64,000 bases of DNA from Oopsacas minuta (GCA_024704765.1 JAKMXF010000312.1:346181-410180), one strand, 5' to 3'. Counted from the stretch's first letter, positions 26,701-40,898 are shown. Translations and numbers: made by a program. The notes: a model not told the origin generated them from the letters alone.

Positions 26701-27778
26701 TGGTAATCCCGGAGTAGATCCCAATAGGTATGATCTGTACCATGGACAACATGGTAATCCCGGAGTAGATCCGAAAGGGTATGATCCGTACCATGGACAA
26801 CATGGTAATCCCGGAGTAGATCCGAAAGGGTATGATCCGTACCATGGACAACATGGTGATCCCGGAGTAGATCCGAAAGGGTATGATCCGTACCATGGAC
26901 AACATGGTAATCCCGGAGTAGATCCGAAAGGGTATGATCCGTACCATGGACAACATGGTAATCCCGGAGTAGATCCGAAAGGGTATGATCCGTATTATGG
27001 ACAACATGTTGATCCTGGAGTAGATCCCAAAAGGTATGATCCGTACCATGGACAACATGGTAATCCCGGAGTAGATCCCAATAGGTATGATCTGTACCAT
27101 GGACAAGATATTAGGCACAGACCCCGACAGCCTTCTTCACATGACTTTTCAAAGCCAGTGAGTGCTAGAGATTTTCCAGGTCACGACTATCAACATGAGC
27201 TTTACAGTAATCCTGAGCTTAGGAACTTTGGGCCAGATCAAGACAGGACCTCTAGAGAACAAATTGATCCAGTCTCTCCACATGATATACCACCACATAA
27301 TGAACAGATCACAAATCCAATTGGACATCGCAGAAGGGAACAACCTTATGACGAGTATCATCAACAACAATATGCACCTTATGATCAACAACAATTTCCA
27401 ACTCATCAACAACAATTCCCAACTCATCAACAACAATTCCCAACTCATCAACAACAATTCCCAACTAATCAAGAATCATTCCCAACTCATCAAAAATTTC
27501 CAACTCATCAACAACAATTTCCAACTCATCAAGAATCATTTCCAACTCATCAACATCGTGCTAACGATATCCCATGGGATTGCCCTCACTGTACGTATAA
27601 AAACAATCCACACTCTAAAGTATGCGAAATATGTTCTAAAACCCCAGATTTCCTTCTCTCACCCAATTCAGCTGTCCCACAACACAAGAGAATGTGTGAA
27701 ACATGCAAACAACTGAATAGCGTGGATGTTAAATTTTGCACAAGTTGTGGAAGGAATTTTTTCCCTGATATGTTGTAG
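23713..27778 (+). CDS. PUB-like domain protein (SPATA2/Tamozhennic-like N-terminus) with internal tandem repeats and C-terminal RanBP2/NZF plus second zinc ribbon, ~1248 aa
   Basis: join(23713-23991,24311-27778); GLYSISKYPLCLFLDQDRPEFHQIR|TFSGYYTYEIKEKLENFGQILEALGY resembles the SPATA2-type PUB fold; WDCPHCTYKNNPHSKVCEICS is a canonical NZF; RMCETCKQLNSVDVKFCTSCG is a second C4 ribbon. Confidence 0.75.
24071..24268. mobile_element. Foldback family M3 copy with ~55 bp TIRs
   Basis: cgaaaatggtccccttatgtgcttattagctatttaaccgtggatggtggattt ... aaatcctccatccatggttaaataactaataatcatatagtggccatttttc. Confidence 0.8.
25184..25915 (+). repeat. Coding tandem repeat, 72 bp / 24 aa unit (YDQRDASQIRMENQxxPQxPGxQV), 9 full copies plus degenerate flanks
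   Basis: Unit starts at 25616 and 25688 (72 nt apart); periodicity visible in both DNA and translation. Confidence 0.95.
26630..27110 (+). repeat. Coding tandem repeat, 51 bp / 17 aa unit (YDPYHGQHGNPGVDPKG), 8 full copies plus partial flanks
   Basis: tatgatccgtaccatggacaacatggtaatcccggagtagatccgaaaggg iterated. Confidence 0.95.
27385..27555 (+). repeat. Coding tandem repeat, 21 bp / 7 aa unit (QQQFPTH), about 8 copies
   Basis: caacaacaattcccaactcat iterated, with caagaatca variants. Confidence 0.9.
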
Positions 27779-28274
27779 GAGTATATTTGTGACTTCAAAC
27801 TCTTGAGAATTGTGTTTTAGATTGTTATACATACCCCAACTATGTCTGTGTTATATCTTAACAATAATTATATTACAGTTTTGTCTTTCACTAAATTATA
27901 CAATTTATATACTAACTCGTTTTGACGATTATTATAGGAATTATATGACGTCATTTCAACTTGGTTTGAGCCTCATAATGACCGAGAATAACATCCAAGC
28001 AGATAAACACGAAATTTCATATCCATGGTTAAATATCTAATAAGCGTATAGGGGACTGTTTTCGTTAAAACAAGCTACATTAGGCTTTTTATTATATCCA
28101 TAGTCCTGCAATACTGTATATGAAGTTCACGTTATTGTTAGTTACACACTGTATTCATGGAATCCATAAGTTACACATTTGTAATTCGTATTGTTCCTCT
28201 GTAATATATAATATGTAATCCAACTTTATTGTGTTTCTAACTGATATTTCAATGTATATTCGATTGTTTTAGCG

Positions 28275-31200
28275 ATGTTACAAGCACATACAATATTTCC
28301 AGGAGCAGTGAACGATATACCGTGTACATTTAGTCCAGCTAGATTGCTTACACAGGATGACTCTGTATTTCTAGTATATGCTTCTGGGAATAAGATTGTG
28401 TTTATTTCACAAGAACTTTCTCCTATAGAGAAAATATCTTCTATTGATTTAGGTATTGCATTGAATGCGTGTATTGTATTACTGGACCAGGGATTATATT
28501 TATTGTATAGGTCTCCCTATTGAGATACAAGTGACTGCTGTAGCTGCATCTGAGTTCAGAGGGGTGGTAGCTGCTGCCTGGGGTCATAATCTATTCCTGT
28601 TTCACACATCTACTCTCACTTATGAGAGGAAAACTCTAAGATTGGAGTGGACACCTTTACAAAGAGATCCTTATATGTTTGGGTTTGTATTTTAGTGGTA
28701 ATTAGGGTTGGGACTTGGGACTGACAATTGTAATCTATTACACATTTCCTGTAACCATAATCTTTGTTTATTGTAATCGTTATATAATTATTTGCTTATA
28801 GATCTCCAGTAGATGGACTAGTATGGAATAAGCTAGGTAGCAATCTCCTCGTTACTCATGGAAATATACTAGCTCTATTCTCTTTATCTACACAAACAGA
28901 AGATACACAGCTGGAGATTAAATGGGAGACCAGACTAGCTACTAATACACGAATTGTCAAGTAATATATACTAATACAATTTCTCGTTCATTATACTACA
29001 ATAATTTCCTTATAAGGAAATTAGTGCTCCTTTTAAGGATTATAATGTAATATTCGTAGTAAAGTTTTCTATCAATATTGCTTGGTCTATTGTCTCCAAT
29101 TCTACCCTAAATCAGTGGTTCACAACCTTCGTAGCCCACGTTCGTCGGCAAGGGTCCATCTTTGTTTGTTTAGTCACATTATTTACTTCTAGATTTTCTC
29201 CTGACGGTCAATTGTTCGCTACTTGTGGTGTAAAGGATAAACTTATAAAAGTTTGGTATTTACAGACTAATGATTTATGTAGCAGTCTCACACGATACAC
29301 ATTTGTGTATCTCAAACATTCCACTGCGATTACAGGGTTGTCATGGAGAGATACTCATCTTTATATGCCTAAGAATGGAGTACCTAATGCATTGCTGACT
29401 CACACATCTGATAATACTGCTCATATATGGGTCTGTTGATATTATGGTTACAATATTATTTGGAATATATGAAAAAATTGTCCACAAAGTTCATGGTTCA
29501 TGCTATGCTCATGCCGAGTCCATCAGTCGAAAATTGGCAAATTCAAAATCTTTGAACTTTGCTCATGATCTTACAACACTAATCCTGTCCATGGTCCATC
29601 ACTCTTAACTATATTTATCTTACAATTCAGGTCCAGAAACTTAACAGTCTAGAAGAGGAAGGCCACCCTCTACAGATATATCACTGTACTACTATATCAC
29701 CTCAAATCAACCAAACATTCATAAGCTCTATCTCCTCGGATATACTCACATTCGCTCCTGTATGGGTTAACAACAAAGTTTTACTTTTCGCAGATAACAT
29801 GATAGAAATGCAGACTAAATCGCGTTTAAATGTCCATGATGAAACCACGGCTACAACACCCGCACAAACTCCTGTTATTCCAACAGAATCAGCTGATAAT
29901 AGAGAATTCACATTCCCCAGAGATATGCAATATGCTAATAGCCTATTGAAACAGGTTAAAGCTGAATTAACACTGTTGGATTCACCGCTACCGCCTCATA
30001 TGACGTCACAGCTGTTGAATAAATGGAGATCTGCACCTGACCTTATTCTTGCTATTAACCCGCTAGATGGCTCTATTTTAATATGGAATTTGGATCATTT
30101 AGATTCAGATAATTCGTATTCGGTTAAGAAGCATTGTCTGGTGTCTAGGATGCCTCATAATATCCCTATGGAAGAAGCACAGTCTATGTATAAGTTAATT
30201 GGCCTAGCGTTATATCCTAGTCCTGTAGAGATGCAGCATGGTACGAGAAGATGCTCACACTTCCCATTCTCTGAACAGAGCTATTTCTCATCATTTAGAG
30301 CTAATGAAGTTGAAGAAATACAATCCACGTCATCAAATATTGAGCATGTAATACACAGTACTAAATTCCTAGTAGACAGATTGTATTTCTTCAGTTTACA
30401 TAAAGATGGCAGTTTAAACGTTTGGCATGCTATTTTCTCTGAGAAGAACACTACCTGTAATCTATCTGGTTTGGTGCATATGCTATCTACAGGTGGTCAT
30501 ATGTTCTCTGACGTCATCTGTAAGAAGCATCCCTCTTTGCCTATCATAGCTAGTGTATCGCAAGATTTAACTGGTGTTGGACATGCGTATTGTAGTGATC
30601 TTATTTTGTGGAGAGGGGAACCTATAGGTATGTTAAACTCCAGCGGTGGGTTGAGGCAGACTGCAAAATTGCTGGGTAAGTATAATGGCGATTTTTCACA
30701 CGCTGTTTGGTTGCCTACACTATTGTCTATGAAGGGTAATCTACCGAGTAGCGCGTGTATTCCTACTGGTACGTTCTTATTAACGAGCGTAGAGGATAAA
30801 CTTTCGCTTTTTCTCACCTTATGCATATCACCACTTGATGTATGGTCTTGTAACAAGGAAACGTATACTTCTATTAATCATAATTTGGCTGAGAATAACG
30901 TGAATTTTCACACCTTTTCCAACAGCAATTACCCTACTTTTGTATACAAACTATCTGATGTAATCGACTTGAGTGAAATCGAAGGCGAAATTCTGAGTAT
31001 ACAAATATTCTCTGAGAAATCCCTGCGAAATTTCATAGCCAGCAATGAATCGTGTCATGTCGTATTCGACGAATTTGAATGTAATTTGACAGATAACGCT
31101 AGCTATATTGTAATGCTCGTGAACTTACCGAATACCCGCGGGCAGTATCTTAGCGTGTTTGATAAATCAGATGGAGTAGGCGATCAGTTACGCACAACAC

Positions 31201-34200
31201 AAACTCATGTATGGAAATGTAACGTTAGTTTCCAATCAAAACATAAGCCAGTTTCTACAGCTATTTTAGACAGACGTATTTCTAAGGTAACATTATTCTA
31301 TGATATGATTAGTAAACTTGAAAGTAAGATTAATATTTCTACTACAAAACTCAAAACAGCTGTGCTACCATTCGAGGGGGAGCGTCTCACATTTGTGGAA
31401 CAAGTCTCACAACTAGCGGATGTAGGATACACCTACTTTTCACCGTTTTTGTTCTCAACACTCGCTTCGAATGGTGTTGTTAATAATTGGCAGTGTGATG
31501 ACGTGGATGGTGACGTTATATGGGTACCTTACCCCTCAATAGAGGGAGGGAAGGTGTGTCTTAATAGCTTGATGACGGGGTCTAATATTTACACACCTTC
31601 TAGTTTTATGAATATACTCAGTGTGCATGTAGCTGATTCGTTTCTGTTAGCGATTTGCTTTACGCAAACTGAGTCGAATTCGAGGTTTATTGCAATATTG
31701 AATTCACAGCAAAACGGGAGTATTGATTGGAAATGTGAGGATGTGCTAGAAATCGCGAGGAGCTCTAGTTTATGTGCTACACACTCTGTACAGGTTGAGT
31801 GGGTATCGTGTAAGAATGGGAGGTTCATATTAGCCGTAATGTGGGGAGCTGGTATACATATTTTCGCGAAATGTAACAAGGAACAAGTGAAAGAGAATAT
31901 ACAAATATATGAGAATATACACGATGGGATAAGCCCATTACATTCATATGTAAATTCATTGATGGATACCTGTATGGGTAGATGGGTGAGAATTGCCGCG
32001 TTTGAGGCTCCGCTTAACCGCGTGTCACCCAATGATGTCATGGGAATATGCCACGTAGGTGGCGGCGCACTGTTACTTTCCGTTAACTCCGTCCTTGTAT
32101 TGCTATCGCCATGGATTATATCAAAGGACACTCCCTTATGGGAAATTAGCTTATCAGAGAGTATATCATTTTCCCTATTCGATATAGACACTGTATTAAC
32201 TCGTACTCTCCCTCAATTCCATCCATATGTTCTGTTAGAATTAATACAAGCTGGTATGCTAGAACATATCAAGGCAATTCTACTTCATATAGCTCAGCGT
32301 GTTGTTAGCACAGAACAACTGAGTATTGGGGTTCAAAGGTCACGAACCGGAAGTGTTATAAAAGATACGTTAGATACTTATAATGCGAATGAGGATATTT
32401 ATGATTATTCTGATTTAGAAGCTCAGCTGTTTAGTGAGGAACAAATAGTGGTTGATAATCGTGATGTCATTGTTAAGCAAGTTAAGTATATACCTCCCCT
32501 ACCTCTATCTGCATTCCAACAACGCACTATTGTTGCTAACGACGTATTCAGTGAGTTTACACCACTAATACAGTCCTGCTTATCCCGGGCATTACCGGAA
32601 TGTGCGTTACCTGAACTGTTACCTATTGAAGAAATAGAGCTACAAGCTATTGTAAGCACGATGGGGAATATGAAATTGCTGGAAGAATTCGGGGATACAA
32701 ATACGACGGATAAGGACGTACCGCTGGTTGATGAGTGTGGGTTAAGGTATCGGCTAGCATTGAAGAGATATGTACACTGTAAGCAGTATACTCCTAATAC
32801 GGATTTCTCTAGCTTAATCACACCGGGAGATTTTGTATGGGGATTCCATTCATTCGAGCAGGAGAAGTTGCTAAAAGACATTCCATCTATCGCTAGTGGT
32901 AACCCAGATTGGACGGAGCTTAGACATGCTGGGGTTTGCTGGTGGGTTCGTAGTGTCGAGATGTTACGGCCTTTTATTGAGAAATTAGCTAAGTCGAGAT
33001 TCGCGGCTAAAAACGATCCGTTAGATGCCGCGTTGTTCTATTTAGCTTTGGGCAAGAAGTCGGTTTTGAAGCATTTATTTAGGACAGGCGGTAACACGAA
33101 AATGTATGACTTTTTCGCGAATAATTTCACACAAGATCGTTGGAAAAAAGCCGCGAAAAAGAATGCATTCAAACTCATGAGTCTACAACGATTTGAAACG
33201 GCGGTTGCATTCTTTTTGCTAGGACATTCTATCTGGGACGCAGTAGAGGTTTGTATCGATAGATTACAGGATTTCCAATTAGCCTTGCTTATAACACGAT
33301 TGGCAGAAGGAGATAGAGGTGAACATTATCAGAGATTACTGCGTTTAATCGTTGGTACGAAAACAGGTGACGAAAGCCGAAAAATACCCGAGTTAAGACA
33401 GAGTGCGTATTATAGGTCAATGGCTTATTGGCAGTTAGATGACTATACAAATGCAATTGATACTCTACTTTACATAGAACCGAATTATATCAGCGCGCCT
33501 ATTTGTAATTTCTATTTCTATTTGAAATCTCATCCGCTCATCTGTAGACACAGACGCCAATCTCCAGACTATTTAACACAAGAGGAAGTTAAGCTTGTTT
33601 TCAGTACTGCTGGACATTATATAGATAGAGGTAGTCCGTTGTTAGCTATATTGATTTTATTGAAGTTTGGTAAGGAACAATTCGCATTGACTCAACAGGC
33701 TATTACTAAGAAGATTGAGGTTGTGAGTACTCATACTCAATTAGATACACAGATAAATACAGGTAGGTAAATGCGGTACAGAGGTTCCAAATGCATTCAT
33801 TTATATATTTATTTTGTTATAATTATTACACGTCACAGGTACAATATCAACAGAACTATTCGGCCCCCCTAAACTCCAAGATTTCCCTAAACAAACATCT
33901 GACTCATTCGACTGGAGTAAACCGGCATTCTCTGTTCTTACTTCCGTCGACTTTGAACCGCCTAAACTCACAGAACGTGCTGAAGACTATGATTGGACTT
34001 CTGGTACTTCTTTCAATAATTCTCTAATGCAAGATGATGACGACTATATTCCCCATGTAACTCCACATCAGTTAGAGTCTGTAAGGGAAAATCAAAATGA
34101 ATATGGTGAAGTTGATGATAATATTGTACTGGATTTAAGACCTAGTTTGTTACACGCGAAATTTAACACTTCTCTATCGTATCTATGCCAGAATATGTCG

Positions 34201-37044
34201 AATCTTAAAGCTGTTAACGGCGAGGTTGGGAATAGCTCGAAATTTAACACATATCTTCGAGAATTTATATCCACTGAACTGGAACAAGCTGCCAATAATT
34301 TAAATATGCATTTCGAGTTTGAAAATATAACCGCGAGTTTGAAACCATTACTAATACCACTCGCGGAATATCTCACCTTATCACAGAATAATCTAGTCGC
34401 GAAACAAGCAGCTATAACCTTATTATACACACTTATTTCTACCGATTCTTCACACTTTCCAAAGGCTGATTCTATCGGTTCAATCCCCATCTTCCTATCC
34501 GCTCCATTACCCCCTGCTTATTATATGAACCTGTTAACTTATACGAATAATCAAGTCTTGGATTTATTTAATTTTGTAAAGAAATTCAGATTTCCATTAA
34601 ATACACTTACGCGTGAGATTGGAATAGAAATGATACTACAGCAATGTACAGTTATATCGTATTGTCTACTGACGTCACTCAGCTCTATGAAATTCGGTTT
34701 TTCACACCTTTATACGTATTCCCCTCGTAGCACTCCCTTGCATCCTTATAAGCTATCAGGTGGTGGAATGAATAATAAACTCTCCAGTTGGCCTGGCGTT
34801 AACAATAACGAACATGCTCTTATAACAGAAAGCACGCGTAAGAGAATTACAATACTATTAGCTGAGGCATGTGGTGGAGTATTGCTTGCTTTATTCGCTA
34901 ATGCTTATCTACAGCAGAATGCCAAGCTCATGTTCTTGTTGCTAAGGAATATGCCTGACGACAAGATGTGGTATGAGGTATTCTGTGGGGGAGAGGGAGG
35001 TCCCCCTCTTGGTAGTCCAGTTATTAGTATACTACAGTTTTATCTACGTGAAAAACCGCAAGTTAATACAGCTTCTTTCTCTGTTATTAATGGTTAGTTG
35101 AATAGATAATGTATATACAGTGTAACCTCTATGAATGGTCTGCAAAGGACGCCGAAAAATGCTACCCCCGTTTGTGAAGATTTCTCTGTTGTAAATTTGT
35201 ATAAATATTTCTTTTAGAAGAATTGAATTCTACTCAAAGTTCAGATGAATCACACAACACTGATTTCACACGTCCTCTTTCTGTATACATGTGGAGTATT
35301 ATATCACTATGTGCGGTTAAAAAGGTGTTAGAAGCTGTTAAACATATATCAGCTATGATTGGGATTGATACAGAGCTACCGCTTAAATCTTCATTGCTGT
35401 GTCAGATTAGGACACAGGGTATGAGATGGGAGAAAGACTTGAGTACTTATTTGGATTCATCGTGTAGTTTGACTGAAAAGATTAAGAGCTCTTCTATTAC
35501 TGATTCGTCTAATTCATCTTCTCTACGGTGAGTAGATAGATCGATAGATCAAGCGATTACTATTACGATTCTGATTACATTTCCTAATATACAGGTCTAT
35601 GATAATACGTCACATAAGAGCACTAGACAGCTGTGAGGTATCCACACAGATGAGAGAAATGTTAGAATTCCTAGAACAGATAGACGACGCTAGAGAAGTA
35701 CTATACTATTATCTTAAACCTCCTACTGAAGATTCTACAGAGTTATACAGGCCTAAGGTGTTGTTCAGAGAAGAAGATCCTATATACTCATTCTGTTACT
35801 CTCCTAGTAAGCCATTGGTACTTGCTCTATCTAGTTCTAAACATATTTATGAGATCGATATTAGCAGGTAAATTTTGCACAGTAACAGGCTTTGTAATAA
35901 GAGATCTGTAAGGCGTTTCAATATTAAATGTCATAGGTTCGATTCAGGCCAGTGGGTAGAAGACAGTGACGCGTCTCCAGAGGATCCTAGCCCTGTAGGA
36001 GGCAAGTCACACCGTCTAGAAGACTTCTTGGTAGTGTACCAGCCCAGTGAGAAGCGAGACTCCCCGCTAATCGGAGGGGGATCTCATGAACAAACTGGTG
36101 CCACTAGCTCCGTCCTAATTAAACGGTCACAACACAATGTACGTAGAATGGAGGCACATCCAGAGCTCCCGTATTATCTCTGTGGTACACAGGACGGAGC
36201 TGTACATCTATGTCAGTTTGATAACGAAGGAATTGTTCAGAGTCTATGTAAGAGCCATGCTACTATTACTTCTATACACTTCACTCATCAAGGCAATAAA
36301 TTCGGTATCTTAGACAAGGAGGGAGGATTCTCTAGCTGTCAAGGAATATATACTAGCATGTCACAACCTCAGAAACTTATTACGAATTGTCATTCACGGT
36401 CTAGCGAGGATTTCTGCTATTTGTCGTCTTCTAGTTTTATAGCTACATGTGGATATTCCGGGGATTCTACTAATGTTAGACTATGGGATTTGTTGATGCC
36501 TTCTAAACGTATGATAGTTAAACAGTTCTACTGCCATCCTGAAGGTTTGTTATGTTATTAGAGGGTTGGGGCCGTTATGATTACAATTGTAATTGTATTA
36601 ATCAGAAAGTAATTGGCTCCAACCCTGGCAATATTCACAGTTGTACAATTCGTTTAATACCTAATTTTAGGGTCTACTATACTGGCATACAGTCAGAGAC
36701 ATCAACAGCTGATCTCTGGCGGTAGAAAAGGTGATATATGTATATTTGACATAAGACAACAATCACTTATACAGAGAATAGAAGCACATACAGATGCTGT
36801 ACGAGCTATTGCACTGAATAACTCTGAAGATTTCTACGTGACAGGATGTTCAAGCGGATCAGCTAAACTATGGGGATTAACTGTACACAGCCCAATACGG
36901 ACATTCAGTATGCTACACCCTAAGTCAAGTATGTTCCGCACTGAACCAGGGATAACGCATTTATCTCTTACAGAGGATGGGTACTTATTGTCCAGTGGGG
37001 GCGATGGGACCGTGAGGAGATCACCTGTACATCATTTGCTATAG
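28275..37044 (+). CDS. DMXL: DmX-like protein / Rabconnectin-3 alpha (RAVE Rav1 homologue)
   Basis: N-terminal AHTIFPGAVN, KFSPDGQLFATCG..KVWY; Rav1p_C region IEKLAKSRF..KNDPLDAALFYLALGKK, DRWKKAAKKNAFKLMSLQRFE..VAFFLL; C-terminal WD40s (RRMEAHPELPYYLCGTQDG). About 12 exons, including one of ~4 kb. Confidence 0.95.
35116..35185. mobile_element. MITE family M1 partial copy in DMXL intron
   Basis: tacagtgtaacctctatgaatgg...ggacgccgaaaaatgctacccccgtttgtgaag. Confidence 0.7.
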
Positions 37045-37517
37045 ATACATACAACCAATATATTGTATTTGTGTATATTCAGTAATCAATTATAGGTATA
37101 AATATATTTACACAGAATCTCCGTATTACGCTTAATTATGTTAAAATGTTATTAATCGGATATAGTACACACAACCTCTGAGATGGGGACTGGAGGACTA
37201 TTTTACACTCCAACGGGCCTCCAAAAATCATGTTTCATCATCGACTAATCCTCAAAATACGTATTTGGGTGATATATCCATATAAATGTACTCATTTTCG
37301 GGAAGATAGCTAAAAGGCTTTGGTAATACATACACCGATGACGTAGAGTATGTATTTTAGCAAATAATTGTAGCTTCTTGTTAACGGGAATCTTCTGTAA
37401 ACAATAGCTTGTATTAATAAATAAAAATAGAAATAGGTTTAAAATCCAATTAATCTTTATATACACATACAAATGAGCATCAATAATAAAAAGCTATAAA
37501 TTCTATACAAAACATTC

Positions 37518-40500
37518 TTAGTAGTTCTTTGGCTTAGGTGGAAGCTCTGGTTTAGTGATTAAATACGGAGATACGAGGTTGGATGTGTTCTTAACGTAAG
37601 CTACGTTATTTGTAAATGTTATATCAGGTTCATAGTCATCTAAGGTGTTTACTGTCTCCTCGCATGAACCTGTTTGTGTTTTGTGTTTAGATGATTCTCC
37701 TGATGAAATTAAGCTCTTTGTTTTACGTATTTCTATAGGGGTGATGTCTAGGTCCAGGAAATCTACACAACTGTATCTGTAGATAGAAACGGAAATTTGT
37801 AAAAGGGATGGTGAGTATCAAATTTGTGTAGAATTGATTGCGGTACTGTAAGAGCATGATATACCCTGTGGAGGTCATAGTGAGGACAAACGGGGCAATT
37901 ACCACAGATTTGAAAACCATGGCTCCTATATTGCCTCGGACGTATGCTTGACTCATCTCTGAGAGAATGTATTACATATTTTAAGACTTACCTATTGTCT
38001 TGTGGTGCTTGAATATTCGTAACATCCTTGGTATGAGCTATTAGAGTTTTATGTTTGAATGAATCCAATACATTAACAGGGAAATGATCTATGAATGGAT
38101 TTGTAGTAACTTCCTTATTATGTTGTATAGTATTGTATCCATCCTCGTTCTTTGGATAGAAATTAGCTGTGTTTTTACTGTCAGGTACTTCGGAGTAGTC
38201 TATTGGCTGTGTAAACTCTGAATTGTTCTAAATAGAATTTCAATTATTTACATTTTAAAGAAATTCCACCATTAGGATATTAGATATTAAACCATGGATG
38301 GTGGATTTTTGTGTACTAACCTGATGCTTTGTCTTGGGTATAGTATTCCAGTCATCATGTCTAAGTCTACTATATTCTAATTCCACTGAACTTGTTTGGT
38401 AGTTAGGAGTACTGTATATTGTAGCTGATGGTATATCAGGGAGAGGTCTACTGATATTAGGAGATTCAGGTGGTGACGTCATATGATTATTAGGCATGTC
38501 ACCGACTGATGATACACAACTTGAATAGATTGGTAATGGTTGTAGCTTACGTTCAGGGAGTGTTACAGCTGACTAAATGATAAGAAAGAGCTCACCACTG
38601 TAAAACCTCCACAAACGGGGAACTTCTGAAAACGGAGTGAAAAGTATATTGTCCGAATTCCTAGCCTCATACAGATGAATCTCTACCCGTTTAGACAGTT
38701 TCTACCAAAGTCCCGTTTGCGGAGGTTACACTGTATATATCTTACCCTTGGTTGAGCTGATGGTGTCTTAGTTAGCTGTGATTTAGACATTACGAATTGT
38801 TTAACTTTATAATACAGAGGTCTGCATTCATCTCCTTGAAACCTGATCTGTCCGTAACCAGTGAAAGAGCGACTAACAAATACAGATAATAAACCAGGGA
38901 TATACAGGCTTTATTTTGACTAAAATAGGCCCTATATGCTTATTAGATATTTAACCAAGGTTGGCGGATTATGTTATATACAAATCCACCATCCATGGTT
39001 AATTATCTAATAAGCATATAGGATCAGGATTTTCGTAGACTTACTGTCCAGATGTTATAATGAGCTTATCATCATTTGTTAGTTTAAATTCTCGGATATG
39101 AGTTATTAGCCATGTAACCTGAGTTTCTAGCGTTACAGCATGACACAACTTTATATCCTGATTACGTACAATCACTACACACAAGCCTTTAGGTACCAGT
39201 GTTAATGTAGATACTTCTACTTCTACTTTGTACTTGGATACTACTTCCTCAATAATTGCATGAGCTAGAATGGTGATGTGTAGTTATGCAATATCTTAAG
39301 CCAATGGTTACCTTGGGACAATGGACCTCTTGGCCCACGTACGATAGCAAAGGGTCCACATAAAGTGTTAACATTTGTTTAAGGGAAAAAGCCACATAAT
39401 TTGCAATTACTTCCCTGGAATTCTTGTAATAGAGAGATTTAAAGTCTATTTTGTATTGGAAATAATTCCTCAAATAAGTTCGCGTATTTGCAAGGGATTT
39501 TCGTCCAAAATACGACTTTGCTAATAGCCTAACTACACTGTATTATGATTAGAGAGTATATAAATTACTTGGAGAAGATACTGTAGTCTTAACAGTAGGT
39601 TTCCTGTTGTTGTTATGAGGAGGTAAGGGTGGAGCTACAGGCACCTCAGTAGGAGGCTCTGCTCCTATCTTACTTATATCATTCATAGAATTACTCTTTG
39701 TTCTGTTTCTGATTGAGCCAGTTAGTTTCATTGATGTTGTTAGGCTGTTGTCCACTAGATGGTCTATTGATGTAGTTCTGGGGAATAAGCACTCATTCAG
39801 CTCCTATAATGAATGACGTCATCAGAGCGTAATAAAATGGTTACGACGAAAATGGTTGTTATATGATTAATTTTTTTAACCATGGATACATTCAACCCCG
39901 TTATGCCAAATACGGATATATCGAAAATCCAGTTTCGATATGACGGGAGGTGATTGTATACAAATCCACCATCCATGGTTTAAATAACTTCATCATAAAG
40001 TACAAACATTAACTCACTTCAACCCATGATTCTAAGCCGAATTGACTATCACATTCAAACACATATCTACTGCCTGGAGGACAGACAGCAAACATATGTC
40101 TAACTTGTTTATGATTCTGCTGACATATGACAACTGGTGTGACAGTTCCTGTCAAATTGAATGTGTATTTAGGACTGTAACCTGATCGGAATTGAGACTC
40201 GTTAGAGTATGCATCGAATACAATACGGGGTGTACTACCTTCTATCTGTTTGAATACTAACCATACTTTCTTCCAATGCTAAATATACATCAGTTAGTAA
40301 ATATATTGTGTAGTTGTATTTCACTGATTACATGGTGAAAGAATGACAATATTCATACGGCAGGTAAACTTGATGCGGGCAGTGGCGCTGAAACAAATTT
40401 ACAACTAACAGTGGTCTTATTCATGAAAAATACTTACATGGAATACTTTCCTCTCCTGTATACACACATAACCTTGTTTCTTAATCTCATACTGCTCGTC

Positions 40501-40548
40501 AGTGTCTGTCTGACAAAAGAATGCCGATCCGCTCCTGTCTTTATTCAT
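37518..40548 (-). CDS. Dok/IRS-type adaptor: PH domain, IRS-type PTB domain, Tyr/Pro-rich tail
   Basis: Mostly missing from the ORF track. Exons give MNKDRSG..KKQGYVCIQERKVFH|HWKKVWLVFK...YVFECDSQFGLESWVE (PH); QVTWLITHIREF..LIITSG|HRSFTGYGQIRF (IRS-PTB pattern W..IR.F...GR...TG.G.F.F); tail with IYSTP, YSEVP, YNTI, PELPPKPKNY*. Confidence 0.8.
38596..38735. mobile_element. MITE family M1 copy in Dok-like intron
   Basis: actgtaaaacctccacaaacgggg ... cccgtttgcggaggttacactgta. Confidence 0.8.
38921..39035. mobile_element. Foldback family M3, near-empty hairpin copy
   Basis: cctatatgcttattagatatttaaccaaggttggcggatt-(~12 nt)-aaatccaccatccatggttaattatctaataagcatatagg. Confidence 0.8.
39847..39990. 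mobile_element. Foldback family M3 with nested ~72 bp mini-M2 (39887-39958)
   Basis: cgaaaatgg...ttaaccatgga|tacattcaaccccgttatgccaaa...gatatgacgggaggtgattgta|tacaaatccaccatccatggtt. Confidence 0.7.
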
Positions 40549-40898
40549 TATTATAATACTTATTTCTATTAATTACTTGTATTAATATTGCTGATACTGA
40601 CTGTAGATATATTTACATAGTAATTCAATATCTTATATAACGATATAATCAATGACGTCATACAGTATTTATGTCTTATAGCTTATACCAGTGATAATAT
40701 TCTACAGCTAATACATACGTTGATGACGATAGCTTACAAGAAATATTTCCTATATTTATAGCGACTTCCGGTCAGTCATATACTTTCCACCTCCCCCAGA
40801 GGGAACAGCTAGGTCTTATATACAGTTAAAATGATCAGATTGAATGATCTGTTTATATAAGTTTATATGAATAATTCAATGTATAAAGTGTATGTATA

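Noticed and set aside
25059-27716. Long alternative-frame and antisense ORFs with periodic sequence; possible CRISPR-like array
   Set aside because: They are shadows of the stop-poor coding tandem repeats in the 1248-aa protein. Units are contiguous with no unique spacers, and there are no cas genes.
39249-39473. 74-aa ORF as an extra Dok-like exon
   Set aside because: Flanking exons already join in phase (cca a|ct cat) and the peptide fits neither PH nor PTB; left as intronic.
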